Below the pieces are notes generated by a model, which was given only the letters and a program-made list of their open reading frames with translations, made no database searches and was not told where the DNA came from. A stretch of 60,823 nucleotides of DNA, counting the filler, from Globobulimina sp. (taxonomy: Eukaryota): NCBI GenBank assembly GCA_003354225.1. It is 17 parts of 17 records of this genome, joined end to end, with 100 filler letters (N's around TTAATTAATTAA, not from the genome) between each part and the next. Parts side by side here need not be neighbours in the genome. Positions count along the whole stretch, not along the records: positions 28,684 to 32,166 come from PIVH01002687.1; positions 32,267 to 35,749 come from PIVH01002688.1; positions 35,850 to 39,332 come from PIVH01002689.1; positions 39,433 to 42,915 come from PIVH01002690.1; 13 more parts are not named here. One strand, 5' to 3'. A program made the translations under genes and the position numbers. Below are positions 31,326 to 42,495 of the stretch, in pieces. Position 1 is the first letter of the stretch; every line of letters begins with the position of its first letter.

Positions 31326-31952
31326 TCACTTTGGGTTTCGAAAAGTAAATAGTTCAACCGCATGGTTATCACGATTATTTTCCCAAAATTTCAAACATTT
31401 TTTGTTTGCATTAAACGCGATTTGATTCCATTCAATCTCATCATACTCAAACAATTGAACCTCCTGACATTCATGTCCAAGATTGAATGTATCATTTTTT
31501 AGTTCGCCACGAAAATATAACATTATTTGGTCAATAAATGGCACTGAATACACTCCAATTAATGAGCCTACCATTATTTCTGCGCCAATCTCCTCCCAAA
31601 CTTCCCTGATTGCGCCATCTTGTGGGCTTTCTCCTGATTCTAAGAAGCCGCCCGGCAAACACCACAAACCAAAGCCTGGCTCGATATTACGTTTGGTTAA
31701 TACTATTTTATTGTTATATGTTGCTATCACTCCAGTCGCAATTTTAGGATTACTGTAATGAATGAAATCGCAATTATTACAAACATCTCTTTCTTTAGAG
31801 TCTCCTGATGGGATCCGTTTAGAAAATGAAGTTTTTCCATTAGGTGCACGTGCATGTATATCGAAGTGCCGTTTGTTTACACTGAGCAATATAACAGAAT
31901 TCACTGACCATACGAATCGTAATTGAGGTAGTTGTAGGATCTTGGTAGCCAT
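31326..31952 (-). CDS. Nudix hydrolase (NUDX23-like ADP-ribose/FAD pyrophosphatase) with probable targeting peptide
   Basis: IPSGDSKERDVCNNCDFIHYSNPK and Nudix box PGGFLESGESPQDGAIREVWEEIG. Likely start ATG 31952. Confidence 0.9.
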   Translation of the reverse strand: MATKILQLPQLRFVWSVNSVILLSVNKRHFDIHARAPNGKTSFSKRIPSGDSKERDVCNNCDFIHYSNPKIATGVIATYNNKIVLTKRNIEPGFGLWCLPGGFLESGESPQDGAIREVWEEIGAEIMVGSLIGVYSVPFIDQIMLYFRGELKNDTFNLGHECQEVQLFEYDEIEWNQIAFNANKKCLKFWENNRDNHAVELFTFRNPK

Positions 31953-31991
31953 AGTATTCCCTAGCTGTTTTTGACCAACGTACTCTAGAAT

Positions 31992-32166
31992 ATGGGCACT
32001 TGCTCTCCGTCTAGCGATGAAAACGAAGAAGAAGAAGAAGGCACAGTTTGGGAATACGAAGATGATAACAAACTTTGGATGCTGATGGATGTGTCTGTGA
32101 CTAAAACCATTCAACAGGCGCATAATTCAAATAAGAAACTGCTTCACATCACAAGTAACTATGGAT
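31992..32166 (+). CDS. WWE-domain protein with MGxC (myristoylation/palmitoylation-like) N-terminus, 3'-partial
   Basis: MGTCSPS, then VWEYEDDNKLWMLMD...IQQAH resembling the WWE consensus. Confidence 0.6.
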
Positions 32167-32266
32167 NNNNNNNNNNNNNNNNNNNNNNNNNNNNNNNNNN
32201 NNNNNNNNNNTTAATTAATTAANNNNNNNNNNNNNNNNNNNNNNNNNNNNNNNNNNNNNNNNNNNN

Positions 32267-33006
32267 GGTGGAGTTGTTGGTGCTGAACTCGGTGCAACAC
32301 TGGGCGCTAAACTGGGTGGAGATGTAGGCGCAGCGGATGGCGCTAATGTTGGCGGACTGGTAGGGGCCTGACTCGGTGCTGTGCTTGGTGGTGATGTGGG
32401 TGCTACACTAGGCGGACTGGTGGGTGCTAATGATGGCGGACTGGTGGGTGCTAACGATGGCGGACTGGTTGGTGCTAATGATGGCGGACTTGTAGGGGCC
32501 TGACTCGGTGCTGTAGTTGGTGGTGATGTCGGTGCTAATGATGGCGGACTTGTTGGTGATTTGCTAGGCGCTAAACTCGGTGCAGTACTAGGCACTGCAC
32601 TTGGCGGTGATGTAGGAGATGCTGATGGTGCGTTGCTTGGGGAATTAGTAGGATCCGCTAATAAAGATCTTTTTTTTTGTAGTTTATAAATGTATGTATA
32701 AAATTATAGAAACGAGTGTATTAAATACCGTTGATTGTGCAAGGATGATGCAAACGGAATGAATAGCAATCTTCTGGTGCCTGGATAATAAGCATTACAC
32801 GAATGACTGGGATCACAGCATGAACACTCTATTGGCGATAGACGAGTATTGTTTGCATTTGTTATACATCTTTCTGTATAATTGGTCATTGGTACCGAAC
32901 ATTGGGCACTTGCATGATCGCACCCATCAGTACGAATATAATATGTTGATGATGCTACAATATCAATAAATATAATAGTTATGATGCATAACAACTTACC
33001 AAACAT
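32267..33006 (-). CDS. Secreted or surface protein with Cys-rich N-terminus and mucin-like APTSPPSL repeats, 3'-partial
   Basis: Signal peptide MFGKLLCIITIIFIDIVAS. GT-AG intron 32669-32728 joins in frame to the 24-nt-unit PT repeats. Confidence 0.8.
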
Positions 33007-33051
33007 GAGTATGTTGGATATGTTCAACTTTTACCATGAAAGGTAAATATC

Positions 33052-33080
33052 AGACTGAGACTGAGACTGAGACTGAGACT
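33052..33080. repeat. (GAGACT)n microsatellite in divergent intergenic spacer
   Basis: Read directly. Confidence 0.85.
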
Positions 33081-33254
33081 ATCCAAAGGGGATTGGATTG
33101 TCAATGTTTGTGGACTGTAAAGTTTTCTCAAAAACACATTTCAATTTGTTAAATGGCGCTTGACCTTAAATTTAGTCTTTTTGGAAGATAACTCAAGATT
33201 CTTCCATCCATTCCGGATCCTACCAGTTTGGTCATCATTCATTCAAATCGTCCA

Positions 33255-35321
33255 ATGAACGGTACATGGCAAGACAAACATATCGATGAATGGACATGCA
33301 ATGAATTGCAAGAATGGATATCTACACTAAAATTAGGATATGGAAATGAACTAAAATTAAAGTCTTCAATTGCGGAACAAGACATCGTTGGTGAAGACTT
33401 TAATTCGATTCAAGAAGCAAAAGATATTCAAGATCAATTCCCTGGAATTAACATCGACATCGCGAACAAATTATACTTTGCTTTGCTAGTAGTTAATAAA
33501 AACCCGGTAGTTAATTCTTTAAATCTGCGAGCAAACCGAAGATCGGAAATCATGCCATCGACATCCAATCAGCAATCAGTTCCATATGGAACATTCAACC
33601 AAACTTCACAGCCAATAGAACGCAAAGAACGAAAAGAAGAATATGTTATTGTTGAAAACAAGTATGATGATATAGCGCCAAATAAATTGAAAAGATATTA
33701 TGAAAACTTAATAGCACAATTGAAGCAACAACATGCAAATGAATTGATGAGAAGAGATAACAATGCAATACAGGAACTTAGCAGATTAAAAAATGATATT
33801 CAACGAAGGAAAGATAAATATAAAACATTGATATCTTCCAATGCGACTTTGAAAGATCAATATGAGAAACTATTGAGAGATAAAGATAAAATATTAGAAA
33901 AGCAAGGTCGTGATATCATGGAAATGAATTATGTAAAACAGCAGCAAGCGGTTGAAATTACAAAAAAACATGAAAAGATTATAAAATTAAACAATGAAAA
34001 ACTGGAAATAAATAATAAATATTTGATCGCAAATAGGGAGAATAAACAGATAAAAAAGGAGGTAGAGAATGCGCGGAAAAACAGAAATGAGAGTGAAGAA
34101 AATATAAAGATGGTATTGAAACAAATGGAGACATTGAAGACTGAGAAACATAAATTATTAAAACAAGCACAAAGTATTGAACACAACAATGATAAATTAA
34201 AGAAACAAATTGTTGAATATAAGAAATGGAAAGACAAATATTTGGATAAAAATAAAGAATTTATAATATTGAGAAATGAAAAATTGAATGTTGAAAATAA
34301 ACAAAATGAATTAATTGAGAGAGTTAAAGAGTTAACACACAAAGTAAATAAATATGAATCAGAAATTAAACAATATCAAAAAGTAAAATTAGACGATATT
34401 AACGTAGATTTTATAGCAGCGCCATGTGATATTTTGCATGATGAGGATGAGAGTGATGATGAAAAGAAGGAGGAAGAGGATAATGTTTTGTTATCCGATG
34501 ATGAATTATGCAAAATATTGCAACAGGATTTGGAAAATTATATTGTTGATCAGAGGAAAAATGAAAAAAACAGGGAAAAGCGAGAGGAAAATAAACATGG
34601 AAAGAAAAAGAAAAAGAAAAAGAATATGTTGATACTGAATGAGCTGAGGATATTTCATGAGAATAAAGCACAAACCGTAAGAAATTGGGATAGCTCATTG
34701 AAGAAAAATCATTTTTCGACATTGTTTGAAACATTGGAAGAAAAATTAGACGATAAATATGCGGATAACGATGGTGATGATATTGATTCGGAAAAAATAG
34801 TATATAACATATTGTTTGATCTTATTATTGAAAGTTATGATGTGTTACATAGCGAATATACTAAAATAATGCAAAAAGAATATCAGAGTCCAAATGTGAT
34901 TGATATGGTTTTGATGAATATTTCAGTGTTTTATGATTTGATGAAAAGGGAAAAAATAAAAACTTTAAAGAAACGAATTGCAAATATTCATAAGTATATT
35001 AATGATATAATTAATGGAATATATAAGCAAACAAAGAGTAAGCACATGTATGTGGATGAAGCGGATAGAAATGAATTATGCCAATTTATTGTAAATTGTT
35101 GTGAGTTAATATGGAGTGTATTGCATTATGATTTTACTGTTTATCCATTGAATTTTATATTGAGTAAAAGCGATACAAAATATAATGATAAGATGCATGA
35201 AAAAGAAGGCGTTTCTGAAGGGGATAAGATTGAGTATTGCATATTTCCTGCGATAATGAAAGAGAATAAGCATCTGACAAAAATATGGGTAATTTGTGAT
35301 GAATTATATGATAAGATCTAG
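33255..35321 (+). CDS. SAM-like N-terminal domain, long coiled coil and C-terminal MIEAP-like domain
   Basis: IDEWTCNELQEWISTL...IVGEDF (SAM-like). C-terminal FIVNCCELIW...KIEYCIFPAI...KIWVIC. Confidence 0.6.
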   Translation: MNGTWQDKHIDEWTCNELQEWISTLKLGYGNELKLKSSIAEQDIVGEDFNSIQEAKDIQDQFPGINIDIANKLYFALLVVNKNPVVNSLNLRANRRSEIMPSTSNQQSVPYGTFNQTSQPIERKERKEEYVIVENKYDDIAPNKLKRYYENLIAQLKQQHANELMRRDNNAIQELSRLKNDIQRRKDKYKTLISSNATLKDQYEKLLRDKDKILEKQGRDIMEMNYVKQQQAVEITKKHEKIIKLNNEKLEINNKYLIANRENKQIKKEVENARKNRNESEENIKMVLKQMETLKTEKHKLLKQAQSIEHNNDKLKKQIVEYKKWKDKYLDKNKEFIILRNEKLNVENKQNELIERVKELTHKVNKYESEIKQYQKVKLDDINVDFIAAPCDILHDEDESDDEKKEEEDNVLLSDDELCKILQQDLENYIVDQRKNEKNREKREENKHGKKKKKKKNMLILNELRIFHENKAQTVRNWDSSLKKNHFSTLFETLEEKLDDKYADNDGDDIDSEKIVYNILFDLIIESYDVLHSEYTKIMQKEYQSPNVIDMVLMNISVFYDLMKREKIKTLKKRIANIHKYINDIINGIYKQTKSKHMYVDEADRNELCQFIVNCCELIWSVLHYDFTVYPLNFILSKSDTKYNDKMHEKEGVSEGDKIEYCIFPAIMKENKHLTKIWVICDELYDKI

Positions 35322-35849
35322 AAAAACCATTGTTGATTGTTTGAATGGAAGACATATATTTTTGTTTTCCAATATGTCCATTCTGTGAAACGCCATTCTG
35401 TGATTTTTTTCAATTATCTGAGTCCATTCTGAGAAACGCTTTGCAAATCACGAAACGGTTTGCTATAGATTTGTCTTGGATTTGTAATCACTTTAATTAA
35501 CATCAGATTTTTGTGAAGTTAAGGTGGACATGGTCTCTGTTTTTTTATTTTGACGATATAATATATACACAGCAATAGAGTTAATATACATTTTTTTAAC
35601 ACAACATAATATAGGCAGCATAGAGAGTCGCAAGATAATTGCAAACAAAATAGGAAATATAAGCGTAAAAAAATAGGAAATACAGTATTGCTAATCTGAT
35701 CGCCAACAAAAATAGGAAATATAAGGTCAACAAATTCTACAATACATTGNNNNNNNNNNNNNNNNNNNNNNNNNNNNNNNNNNNNNNNNNNNNTTAATTA
35801 ATTAANNNNNNNNNNNNNNNNNNNNNNNNNNNNNNNNNNNNNNNNNNNN

Positions 35850-36013
35850 GTATTATCACTATTATGGAACCACTCATGTCTTTTATGTGTGTTTATGAGT
35901 ATAATAATTTTATGTAAGAGGTAATTTTGAAATGAATTTTTGGATATGTATATCTTGATAAATGTTTCGAAGGGACGTGAATCACTTTTTAGAACGCTTG
36001 CAGCTAAAGCCAT
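35850..36013 (-). CDS. Hypothetical protein N-terminus, 3'-partial
   Basis: ATG-initiated frame open to the contig edge, divergent from 36128. Confidence 0.35.
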
Positions 36014-36127
36014 TCGGTAGTAAACAAAGAGGCTTTTTCGAATGTTTAACCTCCGAACTTAGTTAGTATTAGTCTAATGAAAAAGTTTTAGTACTTTAAA
36101 TTTAATCAAAAACGGTAACCGAAATTA

Positions 36128-36928
36128 ATGAATACCTTCCCAAAATCTAGACTACAATGGTTCAATAACCATAAGCTGATATGTTGTTTTTGTTGCATTG
36201 CAATTACATTGCTAATAATCAGCATAACGATATTGTTGAAAGCAATAAATGTGCATTCACATGCTAATTCCTATAATATTAAAGGAGAATGTACTGTTAT
36301 TGATATGACAAATGAGCAAATAATTATTTGCAAACCAGATTTAAAATGCACAATTGAAACGTTATGGATCTATTATCACACAACAAATCTCATTGAATGC
36401 AAAGATAAAGTAAATAACGAAGATAGCAGTGGAAATATAGAGATTATATCGTCCGAACAATTGGGCAGTAATGGTATTCAATCATTTTCTATTGGATCCA
36501 TAAGAATATGTTACACAAATAAACATTGTGATAATGTATATTTTATAAATTCATTCAATAATCATCATATTGCTGCTGTTGGTTCATATATTGCAGTTTT
36601 ATTGTTATTACTCGTCGCATGTTGCTGTGTGTGTGGTGCTATTCGAGTTTTAAGAGTTTCTGACAAAAAAGCTCACATTGCTAGACTTTCATGGTTGAAT
36701 TCAATTAGTATCAGTTGTAAATATATGTATTGTCTGAATAATATGTTACGAGAATGTTATGATGCGGGATATGCAGATATTTTATCCACAGATATCAAAC
36801 AATTAATTTGTAATTTTATCGATGAAAATGGAAAGCAAAACAATAATGTGTGCCATGATAGTGATAATACTGAAACTGAAAGGCGTCACTTCATAACGGC
36901 AACGGACGCGAGATTTGGTACGTATTGA
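36128..36928 (+). CDS. Two-TM membrane protein with Cys-containing extracellular loop
   Basis: Two hydrophobic segments flank a Cys-rich loop. Confidence 0.65.
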   Translation: MNTFPKSRLQWFNNHKLICCFCCIAITLLIISITILLKAINVHSHANSYNIKGECTVIDMTNEQIIICKPDLKCTIETLWIYYHTTNLIECKDKVNNEDSSGNIEIISSEQLGSNGIQSFSIGSIRICYTNKHCDNVYFINSFNNHHIAAVGSYIAVLLLLLVACCCVCGAIRVLRVSDKKAHIARLSWLNSISISCKYMYCLNNMLRECYDAGYADILSTDIKQLICNFIDENGKQNNNVCHDSDNTETERRHFITATDARFGTY

Positions 36929-37064
36929 TTGTGCAAATTTATTCCGTAGATCAACTGATCGATATCAGATTAAAATTAATGGCAAAAAAGAACGAATAAA
37001 TAGAAAGAAATTAATGAAAAACACTCTTGATACAAACTGCAAACTGACTCCAAACTAATAATAC

Positions 37065-37865
37065 TTATTTGTGAAAGAATAAATGTCGACCAATTTGATT
37101 ATATTTCCATGATTTATTAGTTCCATTTGTTTCAAATATGAACATAAAAAAATACAATAAATCAAATAAATTTGTACTAATTTCTCTTTCAACATATAAA
37201 TACCATAAAAACGTTTGTAAATCATATATGTGTTGAAAATGATGAATATTTTGAATAATTTTATTTTTCCCAATTACCATAAATAACATAATTAGGCCAA
37301 TATTCCAAATATCAAAACATTGCTCATCATCACTCTTTGATTTATTTGCGTTTTCAAATATATTTATTGTTATATCGCACAATGACTTATTCTCCACAAT
37401 CTCAAAATTCTTAATTATTGAGCAATGTTTTGATTTTTTATTGGAATGAAGCACTTCACTTATTTCTAAATCACACACTTTTTTAATTTGCTTCTCTTTT
37501 ACAATACAATCCGATGCAAATAATGACAATAATTTGGTAAATCCATTCCATACTTTTACAGATTTTACACGTTTTAATTTCCAATTTAACTTCTTTTGTT
37601 TCAATATACCTTTTTCTGATATGCACTCATTTTCTTCTTTTGCAATACACTCATCTTCGCTGATTGTACTGTCGAGTATTGGACGTAATATTACTTTATC
37701 AATTGATAACAATGGGGATAAACATCCAGTTAATGATAACGAGTGGTCTGTGCTTGGTGATGTTGACGGTGAATACGTGTCTGTTTCTGTGGATGGTGAA
37801 AAAGTGTCTGTTTCTGTTGACGAGTACATGTCAAATGTAATATCAATTGATTCTTGTGACATCAT
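37065..37865 (-). CDS. Degenerate protein-kinase-like protein lacking the catalytic core
   Basis: EVL...HCSII (III-IV) and FDIWNIGLIMLFMVIGK (IX) are present; no HRD, DFG or APE. The start may be upstream (ORF extends to 38006). Confidence 0.45.
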   Translation of the reverse strand: MMSQESIDITFDMYSSTETDTFSPSTETDTYSPSTSPSTDHSLSLTGCLSPLLSIDKVILRPILDSTISEDECIAKEENECISEKGILKQKKLNWKLKRVKSVKVWNGFTKLLSLFASDCIVKEKQIKKVCDLEISEVLHSNKKSKHCSIIKNFEIVENKSLCDITINIFENANKSKSDDEQCFDIWNIGLIMLFMVIGKNKIIQNIHHFQHIYDLQTFLWYLYVEREISTNLFDLLYFFMFIFETNGTNKSWKYNQIGRHLFFHK

Positions 37866-38068
37866 TATTATATATTGTATTAAATAAAAAATCAACTTGA
37901 GAATTTGAAAAAAAAAACTTTCATCATTCGGAATTATATTTAAATCATGACACAGAAACGCATCGAAAACATTATAGACTCGTTGATAACGTTGATAGGT
38001 ATGCATTACATCCCATAATCCAGCAAAATTTAAATGTGATTGCTTGCAAACTGATAAATACAGATTCC

Positions 38069-39022
38069 ATGGAACAAAAAGTGGACTGTAATAGATTCAA
38101 TGATGTTAAACACTTTTTACAAGAAACAGCACCGCCTTCAAACATGAAACAAATCCAACAAGATCTCATCACATTTATCCAAATGCATTCTTCATCCAAT
38201 CGTTACTTTGTATTGATAACATCAGGCGGAACTACGGTGCCTTTGGAACTAAACACTGTTCGATTTATTGACAATTTTAGTACAGGCACTCGTGGAGCAG
38301 CATCATGCGAATATTTCTTAAAACATGACTGTAATGTTATATTCTTGCATCGCAGGGGCAGTATTTGTCCGTTTATCCGACATATTCAATATAAGACATC
38401 AAGGCATTTCGATTTAAAGTTTTTTCAAACATTAACATTACATCAAAACAGCATTAGTATCGACATCGAAAATGATAATGCTATTAAACAATCCTTTGAA
38501 TTGTATGATAAATTTGTGCAAAAAGAGCAAAGATTATTGATATTGGACTATGAATCTGTTTATGAATATTTTTATTTGACTATTGAAGTTTGTAAAGCAT
38601 TGAAAAGTGTGTCAAAACAATCAATATTGTATATGGCCAGTGCTGTGTCAGATTTTTATATTCCATTCAAACAGTTATGTAAAGACAAAATACAATCATC
38701 CAAAGGAGCGTTACAATTGAATTTAAGTAATACACCGAAACTGTTGGGATACTTTAAATATTTATGTGGGGATTGTTTGTTGGTGTCATTTAAATTGGAA
38801 ACTAAAAATGACAAAGAATTTTTGTTCATGAAAGCAAGAAAAGCCATTAAAAAATACGGATCAGATGTCGTGTGCTCAAATATATTACATTCCAGACGAT
38901 ACGAAGCATGGATGGTCACTATTGATAAAGATATTAAGTTAGAATTAAAAAATTCTAAATATAAAGAATTGGAGGAAGATATTGTTATGTATTTGCTGGA
39001 TATAATGAAGAACAGAAAGTGA
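38069..39022 (+). CDS. PPCS: Phosphopantothenate--cysteine ligase
   Basis: LITSGGTTVPLELNTVRFIDNFSTGTRGAAS, ASAVSDFYIP, KIQSS and VSFKLET. Confidence 0.95.
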   Translation: MEQKVDCNRFNDVKHFLQETAPPSNMKQIQQDLITFIQMHSSSNRYFVLITSGGTTVPLELNTVRFIDNFSTGTRGAASCEYFLKHDCNVIFLHRRGSICPFIRHIQYKTSRHFDLKFFQTLTLHQNSISIDIENDNAIKQSFELYDKFVQKEQRLLILDYESVYEYFYLTIEVCKALKSVSKQSILYMASAVSDFYIPFKQLCKDKIQSSKGALQLNLSNTPKLLGYFKYLCGDCLLVSFKLETKNDKEFLFMKARKAIKKYGSDVVCSNILHSRRYEAWMVTIDKDIKLELKNSKYKELEEDIVMYLLDIMKNRK

Positions 39023-39123
39023 TGCTTAAATGTGGTATATTAAAGTTGAAAATTAAAAAACTTTAAGGTTTTAATAATTTAAACTCTTTGACATCCGTTC
39101 GTTTCCTCGGAAAAAATATATTA

Positions 39124-39332
39124 ATGGAAGGTAATTATTACGACATTGATGATATTTTAGCAGAGGGACAAGTTAAGTCATTAAGTACTAATCGGTGTTG
39201 ATGATGACATCCATATAAATACAATAGGTCTTGCCATGTACATTCAGCATCGATGCAGTCGAATTGGGCTATTTGGATGAAACCGGTGAATGCGGTGACG
39301 ATTTAAAAGAAGGAACCAAAATAAGTTTGCCA
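39124..39332 (+). CDS. GINS3: GINS complex subunit Psf3, spliced, 3'-partial
   Basis: Absent from the ORF track. MEGNYYDIDDILAEGQ, intron 39172-39227 (GTTAAGT...AATAG), then VLPCTFSIDAVELGYLD...DLKEGTKISLP. Confidence 0.9.
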
Positions 39333-39432
39333 NNNNNNNNNNNNNNNNNNNNNNNNNNNNNNNNNNNNNNNNNNNNTTAATTAATTAANNNNNNNNNNNN
39401 NNNNNNNNNNNNNNNNNNNNNNNNNNNNNNNN

Positions 39433-39987
39433 AATATAATGATCTCCACTCGACACAAGTTTCCATCCCAAATTATCATGCCAGGCACTCAAATTGTTTA
39501 TTATTGTTTCATTTGATGGCATTTTAATAAATAACATAATCATTGTACACATGCACCCTCGAGGGTCCTTTAAATGGCAGTCATTGATATACGGTCCACC
39601 TCGAATAGAAATAGTATCTGTGGCAGGATCATACGCAGTGTTCGCATCCAAGCAATCGCCCAATTTATGATGCACGAATACATCATTTTTTCCCCATAAA
39701 GCCCAGTTATTTTGCAATGCGTCAGACTCACTCATCTGTGCATCGATCATTATTCGATCATATCTTGACGGAGAACCGTCGGCATTTCTCGGCTTACGGA
39801 CTAAATATCCATCTTGCAATTTGATTGGTGTCCAACGGAAAGTTGTTGCGGAATGAGAATAATCGTGGATTGTTGCACTGTAACCGCCTCTTTCTCCTCT
39901 TTCATCATCTGAATCATCTCTGCATTGCACGGATAATATTAGTAAGGATATTGCAAATAAAGTCATGATTTGAACTGAAGTTAACAT
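39433..39987 (-). CDS. Secreted hypothetical protein, 3'-partial
   Basis: Signal peptide MTLFAISLLILSVQC; frame open to the contig edge. Confidence 0.65.
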
Positions 39988-40038
39988 TTTTTACAGATGT
40001 AACGTACTTAGAGTCAGCTGAAAACTATACTAAATGCC

Positions 40039-42198
40039 ATGCCTTCGTTACCGACCAAAAATTCAGCGCCCGAGAGCTCCTCTGATGCTTATCGACGATA
40101 TCTACCTCCATCATACCGATATAGCTTCGAGTTGTATATTCCAAACTCATTTACAACGCTATTCATTACGTATTTAAAATTTTTAATCTATTGTACTGTT
40201 TGTGTCATGGTTATATTTTCAATCAATTTTATCTTCATCCACATTGAGAACAAGATAGGCGATAAAAGAAAATATAGAAGTGAAGGTTTTACTTTTTTGC
40301 ACGATCTCTATTGGTTTATATTGTTATCATTGTACTGTTTTTGTTTTACATTTATTTGTTATCGACAAATCCCTCGCGAACATATTCACGTTAGATTTAT
40401 TATGAAATGCTTCACTAAGTATTGGCGCCTCTCATTGTATGCAACATCTTTATTAATCTCATTGGCAGCATTCGCAATCCATTATACATTGGAAGCACTG
40501 GAATGGAACCAACGGGCACTTGGCATCTCACACAAATACCGTTTACATTCAGTTTTGTCTCATTGGCATATATGTTGCAATATATTTGTCTGTGATGACT
40601 GGACATTGTCGCGGGTCGTGACCTATTCATTTCTGCCGCCACTCACTTTGTTTTTTAATTCGCTCTTAATCCATTATTGGCTGTTTGGCTTCCATCAGAA
40701 TGGCCGCTATGATCGGTATAAAAGTCAACCACAACAAGCGCAGAATACTCGTTTCAAGGCTAACCAGACATTATTACCGAATAAGCAGCAAAAAATCAAG
40801 AAAAAAAGCACATTCCATAACAGTTTATCTGCAGTCTCGCACAAAGAGTTCGAATCGAAATCTCGTAATATATCCAAAATAGATGAATACGGCGACAATG
40901 AGGAGGAGGATGAGGAGGATGATGATGATAATGATGCAATATTAGAGACATTGTTCGATAATAAAATAAATATATCAGCCTCGTCCATATCGATAATGAA
41001 TAAAAGTTGGACCCCAAATTTGGATGGTATGCATGTGCCAAAATTTGGTAATATTAACAATGCCTCGAATTCATTGAATTTGTCTGTCAGTTCATTGCTT
41101 TTGTCGCATTCCTCACATTCACTCAGTGTAAGGAACAGATCTTTCATTGCTTTCAGATATCCTGAATCAAACATGCTGCGCTGGATAGTTTTGTATTGTT
41201 TGATATTTTTGCTCGTCAATGCCGTATTCAATGCATTGTCCAATGTGAAAAAGGAATGGTATAACAAATATTTTGTGCAAATATTCATATTCATATTAGT
41301 GGCCACCAGCATATTGAAATGGACAATGAAAAGAATTGCGAGATTGATTGACGCATCGCGTGGAACATCACCGTGCGTCAAAACTAGCAGCAATTACAAA
41401 ACGCATAGTCGCTCTGTACACGATCCATTATCTAGCCACATCACTGAATATTTGCGTGGCAAATCTGCTCCGATTACGACTTATGTTTCATTGGAACTAT
41501 GCACTGAGTTATATATGGACTTTGTGTTCTTTTTAGCATACAGAGAGTTAATGATGTATTACATACCAAATTTTGAGGAATTCTTCAAAATATCCATCTA
41601 TTTCTTCATTAATGAGGTTTGGCTGTGTTCGGTGCGGCCGTCGTCTATGTATTATACGGCGAGTGGGTGGGTGCAGCGGTTGCCGTTTACGCAGAGAATT
41701 GTTTCATTTTTGTTGTGTAATAAACTTCGTGATGGGAAATATCATAATTATGATGATATGCGATCGGATTTAAGTGGAATTAGCAGTGACAGTGAATATA
41801 GATCGGTGGATCCAAATTATTTGAAAAAAAGGTTGTTATTTTTTAATTGGAGGGATGACTGTACGTTGTTACAATGGCAAATACGATGCAGTTTGGATAT
41901 TTCATTGCGGATTTTATCGGGAATTATTTGCTGCGTTGTGATCATTTCAGAAGTATTGACTTTGGGCGCAAACCATTTTGATTTGGATCAAACAGATTGG
42001 ATTAAAGGAATGCAATATATTGCACTATCCGGAGGAATACAACTTATGTATTTTCTAGTTGTTTATATTTGGAATTTTAAAGTACAAAACTTTCCTTTGT
42101 TAGAACCTTGGGTTAGTTTGCAAATAAATAATCGAGCGACATGGAACTATGTATGCGTTGTGTCCATAGCGATCGCGTTTTGGTTGCCAGATTTGTAA
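40039..42198 (+). CDS. Multi-pass membrane protein of unknown function
   Basis: 719-aa ORF with two blocks of TM segments around an acidic, Ser-rich loop. Confidence 0.75.
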   Translation: MPSLPTKNSAPESSSDAYRRYLPPSYRYSFELYIPNSFTTLFITYLKFLIYCTVCVMVIFSINFIFIHIENKIGDKRKYRSEGFTFLHDLYWFILLSLYCFCFTFICYRQIPREHIHVRFIMKCFTKYWRLSLYATSLLISLAAFAIHYTLEALEWNQRALGISHKYRLHSVLSHWHICCNIFVCDDWTLSRVVTYSFLPPLTLFFNSLLIHYWLFGFHQNGRYDRYKSQPQQAQNTRFKANQTLLPNKQQKIKKKSTFHNSLSAVSHKEFESKSRNISKIDEYGDNEEEDEEDDDDNDAILETLFDNKINISASSISIMNKSWTPNLDGMHVPKFGNINNASNSLNLSVSSLLLSHSSHSLSVRNRSFIAFRYPESNMLRWIVLYCLIFLLVNAVFNALSNVKKEWYNKYFVQIFIFILVATSILKWTMKRIARLIDASRGTSPCVKTSSNYKTHSRSVHDPLSSHITEYLRGKSAPITTYVSLELCTELYMDFVFFLAYRELMMYYIPNFEEFFKISIYFFINEVWLCSVRPSSMYYTASGWVQRLPFTQRIVSFLLCNKLRDGKYHNYDDMRSDLSGISSDSEYRSVDPNYLKKRLLFFNWRDDCTLLQWQIRCSLDISLRILSGIICCVVIISEVLTLGANHFDLDQTDWIKGMQYIALSGGIQLMYFLVVYIWNFKVQNFPLLEPWVSLQINNRATWNYVCVVSIAIAFWLPDL

Positions 42199-42299
42199 AT
42201 AACTAAAATTTATGTAAATAAATGTAAATATGTCGGAGAATTAGATTTTATATGAAATTCACACATTGAAACAACTGCATTTATCGCAGCAGATTTAGG

Positions 42300-42445
42300 T
42301 TTCATGTTTTTTTATGTTTCAAGGTTTCAATGTTTGTAGGTCCGACAAAATCCGATTATGTCATTTTATGTTTCTTTCATTACTGCTGATCTGCAGTGAA
42401 AATATTGGTCAAACCTACAAACCTCTAAACATAAAAAACATGAAA
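42300..42445. mobile_element. Short MITE-like inverted-repeat element
   Basis: TTTCATGTTTTTTTATGTTT..AGGTTT..TGTAGGT pairs imperfectly with ACCTACAAACCT..AAACATAAAAAACATGAAA. No clear TSD. Confidence 0.5.
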
Positions 42446-42495
42446 TACATTTATGTGCACTGAGAGTAAAAGTTATTAATCATAAATTCTCCTTT

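Noticed and set aside
31953-32123. 57-aa N-terminal extension of the Nudix ORF overlapping the WWE gene
   Set aside because: It is the antisense shadow of the + strand WWE frame (poly-Phe from GAA repeats). ATG 31952 gives a sensible start.
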